Source: Candidatus Omnitrophota bacterium (GTDB lineage: Bacteria > Omnitrophota > Gorgyraeia > Gygaellales > Profunditerraquicolaceae). From it: a stretch of DNA of 64,000 nucleotides. Every line of letters begins with the position of its first letter. The first letter of the stretch is position 1. The position numbers were made by a program, and so were the translations under genes. Positions 9,620 through 18,668 of the stretch are shown here, piece after piece. The stretch lies in assembly GCA_025453395.1 (NCBI GenBank), contig JALOQK010000003.1, positions 18,711 to 82,710 on the forward strand, read 5' to 3'. The notes under the pieces are model-generated. The model saw only the letters and a program-made list of their open reading frames with translations. It was not told where the DNA came from and made no database searches.

Positions 9620-11176
9620 TTACTTAGCGTATTCAATGACTCGTGTTTCTCTAATAACCGTGACTTTGATCTGCCCCGGATATTCCATACCCTCTTCAAT
9701 CTTTTTTCTTAAATCGCGGGCTAAATTAACTGCTTCACCGTCAGAAATCTTTTCCGGCTGGACAATAACCCGAATTTCACGCCCGGCCTGGATAGCATAT
9801 GTTTTATCTACGCCTTTAAACTGATTAGCAATAGATTCAAGCTGATCCAAACGCTTAATATAAGTTTCTAAGGTTTCTCTGCGCGCTCCGGGACGGGCCG
9901 CGCTTATGGCGTCAGCGGCGATTGCCAAAACCGAAAACATGCTCTTTGGCTCAACCTCTTCGTGATGCGCTTCAACCGCAAGCTGCACTTCAGGCGACTC
10001 ACCGTATTTTTTTAATAACTCCGCGCCGATTTTTGCGTGAGTCCCTTCTACCTGGTGGTCAATGGACTTTCCTAAATCATGCAAAAGCCCGATGCGCCTG
10101 CCCAATTTAAAATCAAGGCCTAATTCCGAGGCCATTACCCCCAACAAATAAGAAACTTCTTTGGAATGCTGTAAGGCATTCTGCCCAAAACTGGTGCGGT
10201 ATTTCAGTCGGCCCAGGAGTTTTACAATTTCCGGATTAAGCCCGGAGACTCCGGAGTCAAAGGCCGCTCGTTCACCTTCTTCGCGGATCTTTTCGTTCAT
10301 TTCCTTTTTGGCCTTTTCCACAACCTCTTCAATTCTGCCCGGATGTATTCTTCCGTCGGAAATCAACCGCTCCAGCGCCATGCGCGCGGTCTCACGCCGG
10401 ACCACATCAAAACAAGACAAAGTCACCGCTTCCGGGGTATCATCAATAATCACATCTACCCCTGTGGCCATTTCAAAGGCGCGGATATTTCTTCCTTCGC
10501 GGCCGATAACTCTTCCTTTCATTTCGTCGCTTGGCAGCATAACTACGCTTACTGTTGATTCAGTGGTCTGGTCTGCCGCGCAACGCTGAATAGCCAAACT
10601 TATAATTTCACGCGCCTTTTTATCGGCGATACTCTTGGCTTCTTCTTCGCCTTTTTTAATAAACCCCGCTTTTTCCTGGGCCAATTCTTCGTTTAAACGG
10701 TTGAGAAGTATCTGCTTGGCTTCTTCGGCAGAAAGAGAAGAAATTTTTTGCAGCCTTTCTTTTTCTTCGGCAATAAGCATCCCCAACTGCGCGTCTTTTG
10801 CTTTAAGAGATTCCTCGATCTTGCGGCTGTTATCAAACTTCTGGTCTATTTCTTTTTCTTTTCTTTCCAAAAGGTCAAGCCTGCGGTCAATATTTTCTTC
10901 TTTTTGGGTCAGGCGCTTTTCGGCATTGGCGATTTCCTGCCTTCTGTCCTGAGTCTGGCGCTCAAAATCCTGACGCATGCGATAGAGAAGGTCTTTTCCT
11001 TCAAGCTCTATTTCCCGCCTTTTCTCCTGGACTTCTTTTTTCGCCTGCTCAACGATATTTTTTGCCTGTACTTCTGCATCCTGTATTTTCTTTTCCGCCC
11101 AATATTTGCGCAGCGTATATCCGGCAAGCAAAGACACCCCGGCAGTGGTCAAAGCGATAATAATCACTAATGGCAT
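9620..11176 (-). CDS. rny: ribonuclease Y
   Basis: 518 aa with an N-terminal TM helix, a long coiled coil, a KH domain ([11 protein letters not shown]) and an HD domain (LLHDLGK). An AAAGGAGG RBS lies upstream. Confidence 0.9.
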   Translation of the reverse strand: MPLVIIIALTTAGVSLLAGYTLRKYWAEKKIQDAEVQAKNIVEQAKKEVQEKRREIELEGKDLLYRMRQDFERQTQDRRQEIANAEKRLTQKEENIDRRLDLLERKEKEIDQKFDNSRKIEESLKAKDAQLGMLIAEEKERLQKISSLSAEEAKQILLNRLNEELAQEKAGFIKKGEEEAKSIADKKAREIISLAIQRCAADQTTESTVSVVMLPSDEMKGRVIGREGRNIRAFEMATGVDVIIDDTPEAVTLSCFDVVRRETARMALERLISDGRIHPGRIEEVVEKAKKEMNEKIREEGERAAFDSGVSGLNPEIVKLLGRLKYRTSFGQNALQHSKEVSYLLGVMASELGLDFKLGRRIGLLHDLGKSIDHQVEGTHAKIGAELLKKYGESPEVQLAVEAHHEEVEPKSMFSVLAIAADAISAARPGARRETLETYIKRLDQLESIANQFKGVDKTYAIQAGREIRVIVQPEKISDGEAVNLARDLRKKIEEGMEYPGQIKVTVIRETRVIEYAK

Positions 11177-11216
11177 GGTAACACCTACCTCCTTTTGTCT
11201 TTAAAATAGGGAGAGC

Positions 11217-11798
11217 TTAGGCGAAAATAACTTTATTGACTTTGGTATCGCGTGAGGAAACAGGAAGACGAGGTAAAATCTGGAATTTATATGCCAGCCC
11301 GATGCTGCGCGCGGCGGGTGAAAGCTTCTTTAAGAAATAGTCATAACACCCCTTGCCTCTGCCTAAACGGTTTCCTTGACGGTCAAAGGCCAATCCCGGC
11401 ACAATAACCAGGTCCAGGTCCTTCGCCCCGATCAACCTTTCTTGGGCAGGCTGCAATACCGCGTACGGCCCCTTAGTCAACTGCGGTTTAACCGCTAATA
11501 AACAGGGGCGCATTAACTTTCTATTTTGCCGGCAAAACGGAACAGCCACGATCTTACCTAGTTTTCTAGCTTTTTTAATCATCTCTTCTGTTTCAACCTC
11601 ACCACCAAAAGCAAGATAAAACATTACTATTTTCGCCTTCTGAAAAAGCCGGCTTTTTAAAAGCTTGGCCTTAATAACCTTGCTTTTCTTTTCACCCTCC
11701 TTATGGGTTTTTAATTGTAAGAGCATTTTACTACGTATTACCTGCTTTGTCAATTGCTTGGAACTCTTCTTTACCATGGTTTTGATGCCTTTAAACAA
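11217..11798 (-). CDS. 5-formyltetrahydrofolate cyclo-ligase
   Basis: 193 aa with LDLVIVPGLAFDRQGNRLGRGKGCYDYFL, the MTHFS C-terminal signature. Confidence 0.8.
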   Translation of the reverse strand: MFKGIKTMVKKSSKQLTKQVIRSKMLLQLKTHKEGEKKSKVIKAKLLKSRLFQKAKIVMFYLAFGGEVETEEMIKKARKLGKIVAVPFCRQNRKLMRPCLLAVKPQLTKGPYAVLQPAQERLIGAKDLDLVIVPGLAFDRQGNRLGRGKGCYDYFLKKLSPAARSIGLAYKFQILPRLPVSSRDTKVNKVIFA

Positions 11799-12441
11799 GG
11801 ACTTTCTTGCGCGGACGCAGGGATTTTGAATAGTCCCGGGCCGGGCGCATCTTCTTATAATTATCCATTGTCTTATTTTTCTCTAATTGCTTATAAATAA
11901 GTACCCAGGCGCAGTCTTTTTCCGGATCAGTTTCGCATTTACCCTTGTTCATGCCTCCGCAAGGGCCGTTCAAGAGGCCCTTGGCGCACAAAGTTACCGG
12001 GCAAATCCCGCCGGTAGATGCCAAGACGCATTCGGCGCACAAAGAACACTTCTCTAAAAACTCTCCTTTGGCATTCATTGCCGCGGTAAAACATGTGTCA
12101 TTGCCGGGGACCACTGCCAGATTAAAGCGGTCGTTGTCTTTTACCGACTGAACTCCTAGGCCGCAGGAAAGCACCAAACAAGCTTCGGCTTGGCGCAATT
12201 CCGCCATATGCTTGGCCATTTCCGACTTAAGTTTTGCCGCAATACAAGGCGCCTCCGGAATGCAAGAACCAACCACGAGCTTGCCTTGTTTTTCAAGCTC
12301 TTGACGCATATTAACCACCTCTTCTACGCCGCCGGTCTTGCAGGTAGTAGAACATTCACCACAACCCACAATAAATACCTTGGTGTATCCTTGTAAGCTA
12401 TCTATAATCTCTGCAATAGTTTTCTTCTCTGTTACAACCAT
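11791..12441 (-). CDS. Cys-rich MTHFR_C-like (methylene-THF reductase C-terminal domain-like) protein
   Basis: About 216 aa starting at MVVTEKK (a GAGGAG RBS lies 6 nt upstream; the longer track ORF is an N-terminal over-extension). It has multiple CxxC clusters and an NGPCGG motif. It overlaps the MTHFS gene by 8 nt. Confidence 0.45.
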   Translation of the reverse strand: MVVTEKKTIAEIIDSLQGYTKVFIVGCGECSTTCKTGGVEEVVNMRQELEKQGKLVVGSCIPEAPCIAAKLKSEMAKHMAELRQAEACLVLSCGLGVQSVKDNDRFNLAVVPGNDTCFTAAMNAKGEFLEKCSLCAECVLASTGGICPVTLCAKGLLNGPCGGMNKGKCETDPEKDCAWVLIYKQLEKNKTMDNYKKMRPARDYSKSLRPRKKVLV

Positions 12442-12581
12442 AATTGCTCCTCTAAAAATTATTCTAACACCCTTTACCAGGCGCGGCAAGCAAAAACTAC
12501 CTAAACATAGCCTAAAAAATATTGTAAGGTTTGAGCGGGCCATGCGTCTATTAAGGCAAGGAGGGAAAATTTAAAAATAAC

Positions 12582-12610
12582 TTGACAATACACCAAAAAT
12601 AGTGTAAACT
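12582..12610 (+). promoter_or_regulatory. sigma70-like promoter of the higB-like/higA-like pair, probably giving a leaderless transcript
   Basis: TTGACA (12582-12587), 17 bp spacer, TAAACT (12605-12610). The ATG at 12615 falls at the expected TSS and there is no Shine-Dalgarno sequence. Confidence 0.4.
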
Positions 12611-12614
12611 TAAA

Positions 12615-12989
12615 ATGGTAGATATATTTCGGTATCAGATATTATTTTATCAAACAGCAAACGGCAGTTGCCCCACAGAAGATTTTCTAAACAGCTTGCC
12701 GGTAAAAGTACGAACCAAGATCAGTCGTTGGATTGAACGATTAGAGATCTGTGGGCCGGATTTACCCAGGCCTTATGCTGATATAATAAGAGATAAAATT
12801 CGCGAACTAAGAATTGTCTTTGCGTCACAGCAATATAGATTACTTTACTTCTTCCACGGCAGATATATTGTCATTACCCATGGCTTTATAAAGAAAACTA
12901 GCGGGGTGCCGATACAGGAAATGGAAAAAGCGCAAAATATAATCGTGGATTTTCAATTTAGAATAAGAAATGGAGATATAATTATATGA
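12615..12989 (+). CDS. type II toxin, HigB/RelE superfamily (phage Gp49-like)
   Basis: 124 aa with LLYFFHGRYIVITHGFIKKTSGVPIQEMEKAQN, matching the Gp49/HigB C-terminal motif (LHAFxKKTQKTP). It sits 5' of an overlapping HTH antitoxin gene (ATGA overlap). Confidence 0.65.
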   Translation: MVDIFRYQILFYQTANGSCPTEDFLNSLPVKVRTKISRWIERLEICGPDLPRPYADIIRDKIRELRIVFASQQYRLLYFFHGRYIVITHGFIKKTSGVPIQEMEKAQNIIVDFQFRIRNGDIII

Positions 12990-13270
12990 AAGGCGTAAAG
13001 AAATTTTCTTCATATCTAAAAGAACAGCTAAAAAACGAAACCTTTCGTAAGGCCTACGAAGAAGAGGGGATCTACGTGGATATCGCTGTCAAAATAGCCC
13101 TGCTCAGGAAAAATAATAATTACAGTCAGAAAGATTTAGCCAAATTACTGCGCACAACTCAACAAACTGTTTCCCGTTTGGAAAACCCAAGAAACAACAG
13201 CCTTTCTATTAATACGCTTATCCGGCTCGCCGCGCTTTTCAAAAAAGAACTACGTATAGAATTTGTGTAA
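12986..13270 (+). CDS. HTH XRE-family antitoxin (HigA-like)
   Basis: 94 aa with the HTH YSQKDLAKLLRTTQQTVSRLENPRNN. It is translationally coupled to the upstream toxin. Confidence 0.7.
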   Translation: MKGVKKFSSYLKEQLKNETFRKAYEEEGIYVDIAVKIALLRKNNNYSQKDLAKLLRTTQQTVSRLENPRNNSLSINTLIRLAALFKKELRIEFV

Positions 13271-13282
13271 ATATTGACAAAA

Positions 13283-13310
13283 AAGGCGCCTTGCAAAAAG
13301 CGCCTTTTTT
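13283..13310. terminator. bidirectional rho-independent terminator (TA pair on + strand, rarA on - strand)
   Basis: aaggcgc-cttgcaaaaa-gcgcctt: a 7 bp GC-rich stem flanked by an A-run on the 5' side and a T-run on the 3' side, so it has a U-tract on both strands. Confidence 0.55.
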
Positions 13311-14634
13311 ATTGCTTACCGTCGCGCAGTTTGTCTAATCTTTGTTTTATTTTTGCTTCGTGGCCGATGTCAGTGGGTTCGTAATAGCGAACAGTTTTCT
13401 TGGTGTATTTTTGTTTGACGTAGTGATCAGGAAAATCATGGGCGTATTTATAATCTTTGCCATGGCCAAGTTTATCGCCGTCCATAGTCGCGTCTTTTAA
13501 ATGATCCGGCACTTCCTGCACTTTGTTACTGGCGATATCTGCCAGCGCCTTTTCTATGGCCAAATAGCTGGCATTGGATTTAGGCGCGCTTGAGACATAA
13601 ACACAAGCCTGCGCCAAAGGAATCCTTGCCTCGGGCATGCCGATAAATTCTGAAATCTGCAAAGCCGCGTTTGCTAAAACTAAAGCTAATGGATCGGCAT
13701 TTCCCACGTCCTCGGAAGCTAAAATACAGATCCTTCTGGCGATAAAACGAGGATCTTCTCCGGCGTAAAGCATCTTGGCCATCCAATACAGCGCCGCGTC
13801 CGGGTCGCTTCCGCGCATAGACTTAATAAACGCTGATGCGGTATCATAATGCGCGTCTTCGTCTTTATCATAAACCACGGGTTTTTTCTGAATAGATTCT
13901 GAGGCTACCTCTAAATCAAATTTTACTGCGCCGTCTTTATCTTTAGGCGTAGTTAATGCTCCAACTTCTAAAGCATTTAACGCTCTTCGTGCATCACCCT
14001 CGCAGACCTTGGCTAAAAATTCCAGCGCTTTTTTATCTGCCCTAATCTTTAAGCTGCCTAAACCTCTATCTTTATCTTTTAACGCGGCATTTAAAACCGC
14101 TAAAATATCTTTTTCCTTTAATGCCTTTAATTCGCAGACCAAAGACCGGGAAATAAGAGGCGCGGCGATAGAGAAAAACGGATTGTGTACGGTTGCTCCG
14201 ATAAGAATTACATTCCCCTCTTCTACGTCGGGCAGTAAAACATCTTGTTGGGCTTTATTAAAGCGGTGGATCTCATCAATAAAAAGAATGGTCTTTTTGC
14301 CAAGCGCGGATTTGCTATGCTTTGCCTGATTAATGATTTTTCTTAATTCTTCAACGTTAGAGGTGGTGGCATTAATAGAAACATGGTTAGCCTGTGTAAC
14401 ATTAGCAATGCACCAGGCAAGAGAAGTCTTACCGCATCCGGGGGGCCCAAATAAAATTACCGAGCTTACTCTATCTGCTTCAATAGCCCGGCGCAAAAGT
14501 TTGCCTTTACCTACAATATGCTCTTGCCCAATAAAATCATCTAGGCGCACAGGACGCATGCGCACAGAAAGCGGACGGTTCTTGATATTTTCGGGTTTGG
14601 TTTCAGAGAAAAAATCGGAAGGGTTAGTTGTCAT
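13309..14634 (-). CDS. rarA: replication-associated recombination protein A (AAA+ ATPase)
   Basis: 441 aa with Walker A (LFGPPGCGKTSLA), Walker B (ILFIDEIHRF) and the MgsA C-terminal domain. Confidence 0.9.
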   Translation of the reverse strand: MTTNPSDFFSETKPENIKNRPLSVRMRPVRLDDFIGQEHIVGKGKLLRRAIEADRVSSVILFGPPGCGKTSLAWCIANVTQANHVSINATTSNVEELRKIINQAKHSKSALGKKTILFIDEIHRFNKAQQDVLLPDVEEGNVILIGATVHNPFFSIAAPLISRSLVCELKALKEKDILAVLNAALKDKDRGLGSLKIRADKKALEFLAKVCEGDARRALNALEVGALTTPKDKDGAVKFDLEVASESIQKKPVVYDKDEDAHYDTASAFIKSMRGSDPDAALYWMAKMLYAGEDPRFIARRICILASEDVGNADPLALVLANAALQISEFIGMPEARIPLAQACVYVSSAPKSNASYLAIEKALADIASNKVQEVPDHLKDATMDGDKLGHGKDYKYAHDFPDHYVKQKYTKKTVRYYEPTDIGHEAKIKQRLDKLRDGKQ

Positions 14635-15063
14635 GTTAAAACTTGGTTATCCCTCTGCGCCTGCGGCGCATCGGGATTTTTCGCAGACGGCACTAACGAA
14701 TATTTTATTTGCTCTGCTTGCCTGCTCCGATACTAAAACGCTTCGGAAATTGAAGAACGAAACGATATCACTTTCCTCGCAAGTATCGGAGTTAATTCGC
14801 GCATATAACTTACTTCGTGCTTCGCGCTCAGTAAGTTATGCGCTCATTAAAAAAAATCCCCGCGCTTTGTGGCGTTGGCTTCGATTGGTTGAACCCCTTG
14901 ATCACGTGGGGCTGCCTCCGGACGCCCAAAGCGCCGCTAGAAGGTAAATAGCCCCATTTTATAGGTGTTGGATCACCAATCAAAATACCTGACGCGCACC
15001 GCAGGGAATCTATAATAACAACTTCTAACAAAAGTATAGCATATCCTCTGCGGAAAAACAAGA
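14635..15063. other. 430 bp non-coding, highly structured region between pheT and rarA (candidate ncRNA/structured element)
   Basis: Nested inverted repeats: ctccgatact (14725-14734) pairs with agtatcggag (14782-14791); gcgcatataacttact (14799-14814) pairs with agtaagttatgcgc (14830-14843); GCGCC-tgc-GGCGC lies near 14660. There is no credible ORF. No RNase P, tmRNA or SRP motifs were recognised. Confidence 0.3.
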
Positions 15064-17082
15064 TTAGCGAATCTGGGCGGAAAGCGCTTGTGTCAAAGCC
15101 TGCACAACGCAGGCGTGTATAGGGCTAACCTCTAGGTCAGTCAAAGTGCGATTCGGCAAACGATAGACGCAGGAAACAGTGAAATTCTTGCATCCCTGCG
15201 GGATCTGCTTACCGCGGTAAATATCTGTAATCTTTACTTGCTCAAGCAATAACCCTGCTGTCTTGTGCGCCAAATCCGTAATTTGCTTGAAACTGATATT
15301 TTCCTGCACGACAAAACTTATATCCCGGCAGATAGCGGGAAAAATAGACACGGGGACAAACTTCTTTTCCGGCAACGCTTGCATTAATATTTCTTCCAGA
15401 GAAATTTGCGCGGCGTAAACTTCTTGATACTTAACATCCATCGCCTCAAGCGCTGCCGAGGAAACTTTAACAAATTGGCCTATTTCTTTTGAATTTAATT
15501 TAACCTTAAACCCTGCGGTTGTTTCATTGAATAAGATTTCCGGTTGGGCTATGCCTAAACCGGAAAATAAATTCTGGATTATCCCCTTAAGGCGTAAAAA
15601 ACCTTCCTTAATATTTACTACCGCCTCTTGCGTGACAACTGATTTCTTGCCGCAAAGAACAAGCCCTAAAACCAGCTCTTCGTTATTGCCGGCGGTATAA
15701 ATTTTCCCCACCTCAAATAACTCTACCAGGGGCTGTTTTTGTTTCAAATTCAATGCCGCGGCCCGGACAAGAGAAGCAATGATGCACGGCCGCAAAAATT
15801 CCTGCTCCTCGCTTAAGGGATTCACTAATCTGGCGGCTTCATCTACGGGCCAAGAAAACAATTCTAAAAGTTTTCGGTCAATTAATGTATAGGTAATTGC
15901 TTCATTTACGCCTTGCGCGATAAGGATATTCTTTGTTTTACTAATAATATCAAAACGCGTACGTGCACGCGGTTGGGGTTTGACATAGGGAACTTCCGCG
16001 GGAATATTTTCAATCCCGAAGATACGCGCGATCTCTTCTATGAGATCTACCTCTTCTTCCACGTCCTGGCGCGCCGATGGCACTGTCACGGAAAAACATG
16101 TTTTTGACCCCTTTACTCCAAAACCTAATGCCGCTAAGATATTTTTCATTAGTGCTGGCGAAATGCTTGCGCCCAAAATTCTTTGCACAGAAGAGTAATT
16201 TACCGAAATCGTTTTTTTAAGAATCTTGGTTGCGCCTTTTTCACGCGCGCAAATTAAATTGCCTCCGGCCAGCTGAATGATCATGCGCGCGGCATAATCC
16301 GAAGAAACCAGCGCAGTCTGGGTATCTATGCCGCGCTCAAAACGGTAAGAAGAATCCGTTTGCATCCCCAACTTTCTTCTTGCTCTTCTTATAAGAACTG
16401 GGTCGAAAATCGCTGCTTCTAAAAGAATATTACGCGTAGATGCGGTTACCTCGGTACTTTTACCGCCCATGATCCCGGCAACAGCTTGGGCCTGTTGTTT
16501 ATCCGCAATAACCAAGATATCTTTATCCAGCTTGCGAAATACGCCGTCGATAGTCACCAATTGCTCGCCAGCATTGGCGCGGCGCACTTCTATTTCGTAA
16601 GAGGCCAGTTTATCCGCATCAAAGGCGTGTAAGGGTTCGCCATATGTAAACATGGCATAATTAGTAATATCCACAACGTTGTTGATACTGCGGCAACCGA
16701 TTAATTCCAGGCGCTTCTTAAGCCACTCAGGCGACACCCCCACAGAAACCCCTTTGATAATTTTAGCCGTATAAAGCGAACAATCTTTCTTGTCTTCAAT
16801 GGTTATTTTTACGCCCTGATTTTCTTTTGGTTTTTGTATTTTTATTTTTTCATTTTTAATTTTTAATTTTGAATTTGTAACTGCCGCTGCTTCCCTTGCC
16901 ACACCTATAACGCTTAACCAATCCGGGCGGTTTGAGGTAATCTCAATCTCAAAAACAAAATCCCCGTCTTTCTCCTCAACGGCCTTAACCTCTAACCCTG
17001 CCATGGTCAGGCGCCGGGCTAATTCCAGGGGAGAAGTTTTAATCCCCACAAAATCCTTAAGCCAATTATAGATAAGCTTCAT
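15064..17082 (-). CDS. pheT: phenylalanyl-tRNA synthetase beta subunit
   Basis: 672 aa beginning MKLIYNWLKDFV, with B3/4 and B5 domains. It is adjacent to pheS. Confidence 0.9.
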   Translation of the reverse strand: MKLIYNWLKDFVGIKTSPLELARRLTMAGLEVKAVEEKDGDFVFEIEITSNRPDWLSVIGVAREAAAVTNSKLKIKNEKIKIQKPKENQGVKITIEDKKDCSLYTAKIIKGVSVGVSPEWLKKRLELIGCRSINNVVDITNYAMFTYGEPLHAFDADKLASYEIEVRRANAGEQLVTIDGVFRKLDKDILVIADKQQAQAVAGIMGGKSTEVTASTRNILLEAAIFDPVLIRRARRKLGMQTDSSYRFERGIDTQTALVSSDYAARMIIQLAGGNLICAREKGATKILKKTISVNYSSVQRILGASISPALMKNILAALGFGVKGSKTCFSVTVPSARQDVEEEVDLIEEIARIFGIENIPAEVPYVKPQPRARTRFDIISKTKNILIAQGVNEAITYTLIDRKLLELFSWPVDEAARLVNPLSEEQEFLRPCIIASLVRAAALNLKQKQPLVELFEVGKIYTAGNNEELVLGLVLCGKKSVVTQEAVVNIKEGFLRLKGIIQNLFSGLGIAQPEILFNETTAGFKVKLNSKEIGQFVKVSSAALEAMDVKYQEVYAAQISLEEILMQALPEKKFVPVSIFPAICRDISFVVQENISFKQITDLAHKTAGLLLEQVKITDIYRGKQIPQGCKNFTVSCVYRLPNRTLTDLEVSPIHACVVQALTQALSAQIR

Positions 17083-17085
17083 ATT

Positions 17086-18120
17086 TTAAAATTGTTTTAG
17101 GAATCTTAAATCGTTCTCAAAAAATAAGCGGATATCATCAATGCCGTACTTTAACATAGCAATGCGCTCCACCCCCATGCCGAAAGCAAATCCGCTGTAT
17201 ATTTTATGGTTGTAGCCGACGTGTTTAAAAACATTAGGATGCACCATCCCGGCGCCTAAAATCTCAAGCCACTTTTTCTTGCCGCAGACTGAACATCCCT
17301 TCCCCTGACAGATAATACAGGAAATATCCACCTCCACTGACGGCTCGGTAAAAGGAAAGAAATGCGGCCTAAAGCGCATGGTAATATGTTTACCAAACAC
17401 CGCTTTTGCAAATTCCTCAAGCGCGCCTTTTAAGTGCGCCAAGGTAATATGTTTATCCACTACCAAGCCTTCAACCTGATGGAACATAAAAGAGTGGCTG
17501 GCATCCACCGCGTCTGGGCGATAAACCCTGCCCGGAACCACAACTGACAAAGCAGGCTTGCGTGATTTCATTAAGCGTACCTGCGCTGGCGAGGTGTGGC
17601 TTCTTAAAAGAAGTTTTTCATTGCTGCCGGCATTAGGCTTTAAATAAAAAGTATCAAAGGCATCCCGCGAAGGATGATCAAGCGGGATATTAAGGCCAGT
17701 AAAATTATTAAACTCGGTTTCTATTTCCGGGCCATCCTCTATAGAAAATCCCATACGCGAAAACACATTACAGATTTCATCAATAACTTGAGTAATCGGA
17801 TGAAGATTGCCTATATCGCAAGCTATCCCGGGCATGCTTATATCCACTGCTGCCTGGTTTCCCTTATGAGCGCCGGAAACCATGTCTTTTTGCTTCTGGT
17901 CAAAAAGCTCGGCTAATTCATTTTTCAAAACATTAGCTGCCTGTCCGAATGCCGCGCGCTCTTCTACAGGAAGACTGGGGATAACGCTCATCAACTGCGC
18001 TAAAAGCCCTTTTCTTCCTAAGTATTTAACGCGTAACGCCTCCAGGGCCTGTTTGTCGCTGACAGATATTAATTCCTGCTCTGCCTGCTGTTTGATTTCT
18101 TCACAGTTAGTATTTCCCAT
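17086..18120 (-). CDS. pheS: phenylalanyl-tRNA synthetase alpha subunit
   Basis: 344 aa with class II motifs (FRPHFFPFTEPSVEVDI; GMGVERIAML). Confidence 0.9.
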   Translation of the reverse strand: MGNTNCEEIKQQAEQELISVSDKQALEALRVKYLGRKGLLAQLMSVIPSLPVEERAAFGQAANVLKNELAELFDQKQKDMVSGAHKGNQAAVDISMPGIACDIGNLHPITQVIDEICNVFSRMGFSIEDGPEIETEFNNFTGLNIPLDHPSRDAFDTFYLKPNAGSNEKLLLRSHTSPAQVRLMKSRKPALSVVVPGRVYRPDAVDASHSFMFHQVEGLVVDKHITLAHLKGALEEFAKAVFGKHITMRFRPHFFPFTEPSVEVDISCIICQGKGCSVCGKKKWLEILGAGMVHPNVFKHVGYNHKIYSGFAFGMGVERIAMLKYGIDDIRLFFENDLRFLKQF

Positions 18121-18131
18121 ATTTTCTAATA

Positions 18132-18668
18132 TCAGCGTTTATTAAGCGCCCAGCCTAAGATTAAAATCAAAATGAACCCCGCAAAAAGCGTAATGGCTAA
18201 TTTTGTTTTAAATTTATCAAGGTCTTCTATAATTTTAGCACCGTCTTGGATCTTACGCAAAGATAAAACATGAATATCCAAATCTCCCCCATGCTGCTTA
18301 CACGCATTATTAAACACGCCGGTTATTTCGATAATATCGCCTTTGTGCTTATAATCAGCGCAAAAATTAATCTGGCGCGACAAATCTAACGGCATCCACG
18401 CTCCAATAGCATTGTTTCCCTCTAGAATATTGACCCAAGAAAACTCGCCCCTTGGCATAACTTCCCCAACGGCTTCACCCTTGTAAACCACGATTTTTCC
18501 GTCGTAGAATTTGGCATTCTTGATTAAATCGTTACTTGACACAGCCTGAGCAAAACAAGTAAGCGCAAAACTACAAGCGAAAAACGCAAAACTAAAACTT
18601 AAAATGTAAAGTTTTAAATTTTTAATTATGGTTTTGCGCTTTGCATTTTTCATTTTTAATTTATTCAT
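18132..18668 (-). CDS. hypothetical exported protein with a C-terminal membrane anchor (OB-fold-like)
   Basis: 178 aa with an N-terminal signal/TM segment (ILSFSFAFFACSFALTCFAQA) and a C-terminal TM helix (ITLFAGFILILILGWAL). No recognisable catalytic motif. Confidence 0.4.
   Translation of the reverse strand: MNKLKMKNAKRKTIIKNLKLYILSFSFAFFACSFALTCFAQAVSSNDLIKNAKFYDGKIVVYKGEAVGEVMPRGEFSWVNILEGNNAIGAWMPLDLSRQINFCADYKHKGDIIEITGVFNNACKQHGGDLDIHVLSLRKIQDGAKIIEDLDKFKTKLAITLFAGFILILILGWALNKR

Noticed and set aside
14333-14947. 204 aa plus-strand ORF
   Set aside because: Entirely antisense to rarA and then runs into the structured spacer. No RBS and no recognisable protein features. Classic shadow ORF.
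14635-15063. RNase P RNA, tmRNA or SRP RNA in the pheT-rarA spacer
   Set aside because: Partial resemblances only (for example GAGGAAAGTG versus GGAAAGTCCGG, or GGTGCG). No complete CR-I to CR-V set, no tag ORF with a tRNA-like 3' end, and no SRP domain IV motif on either strand.
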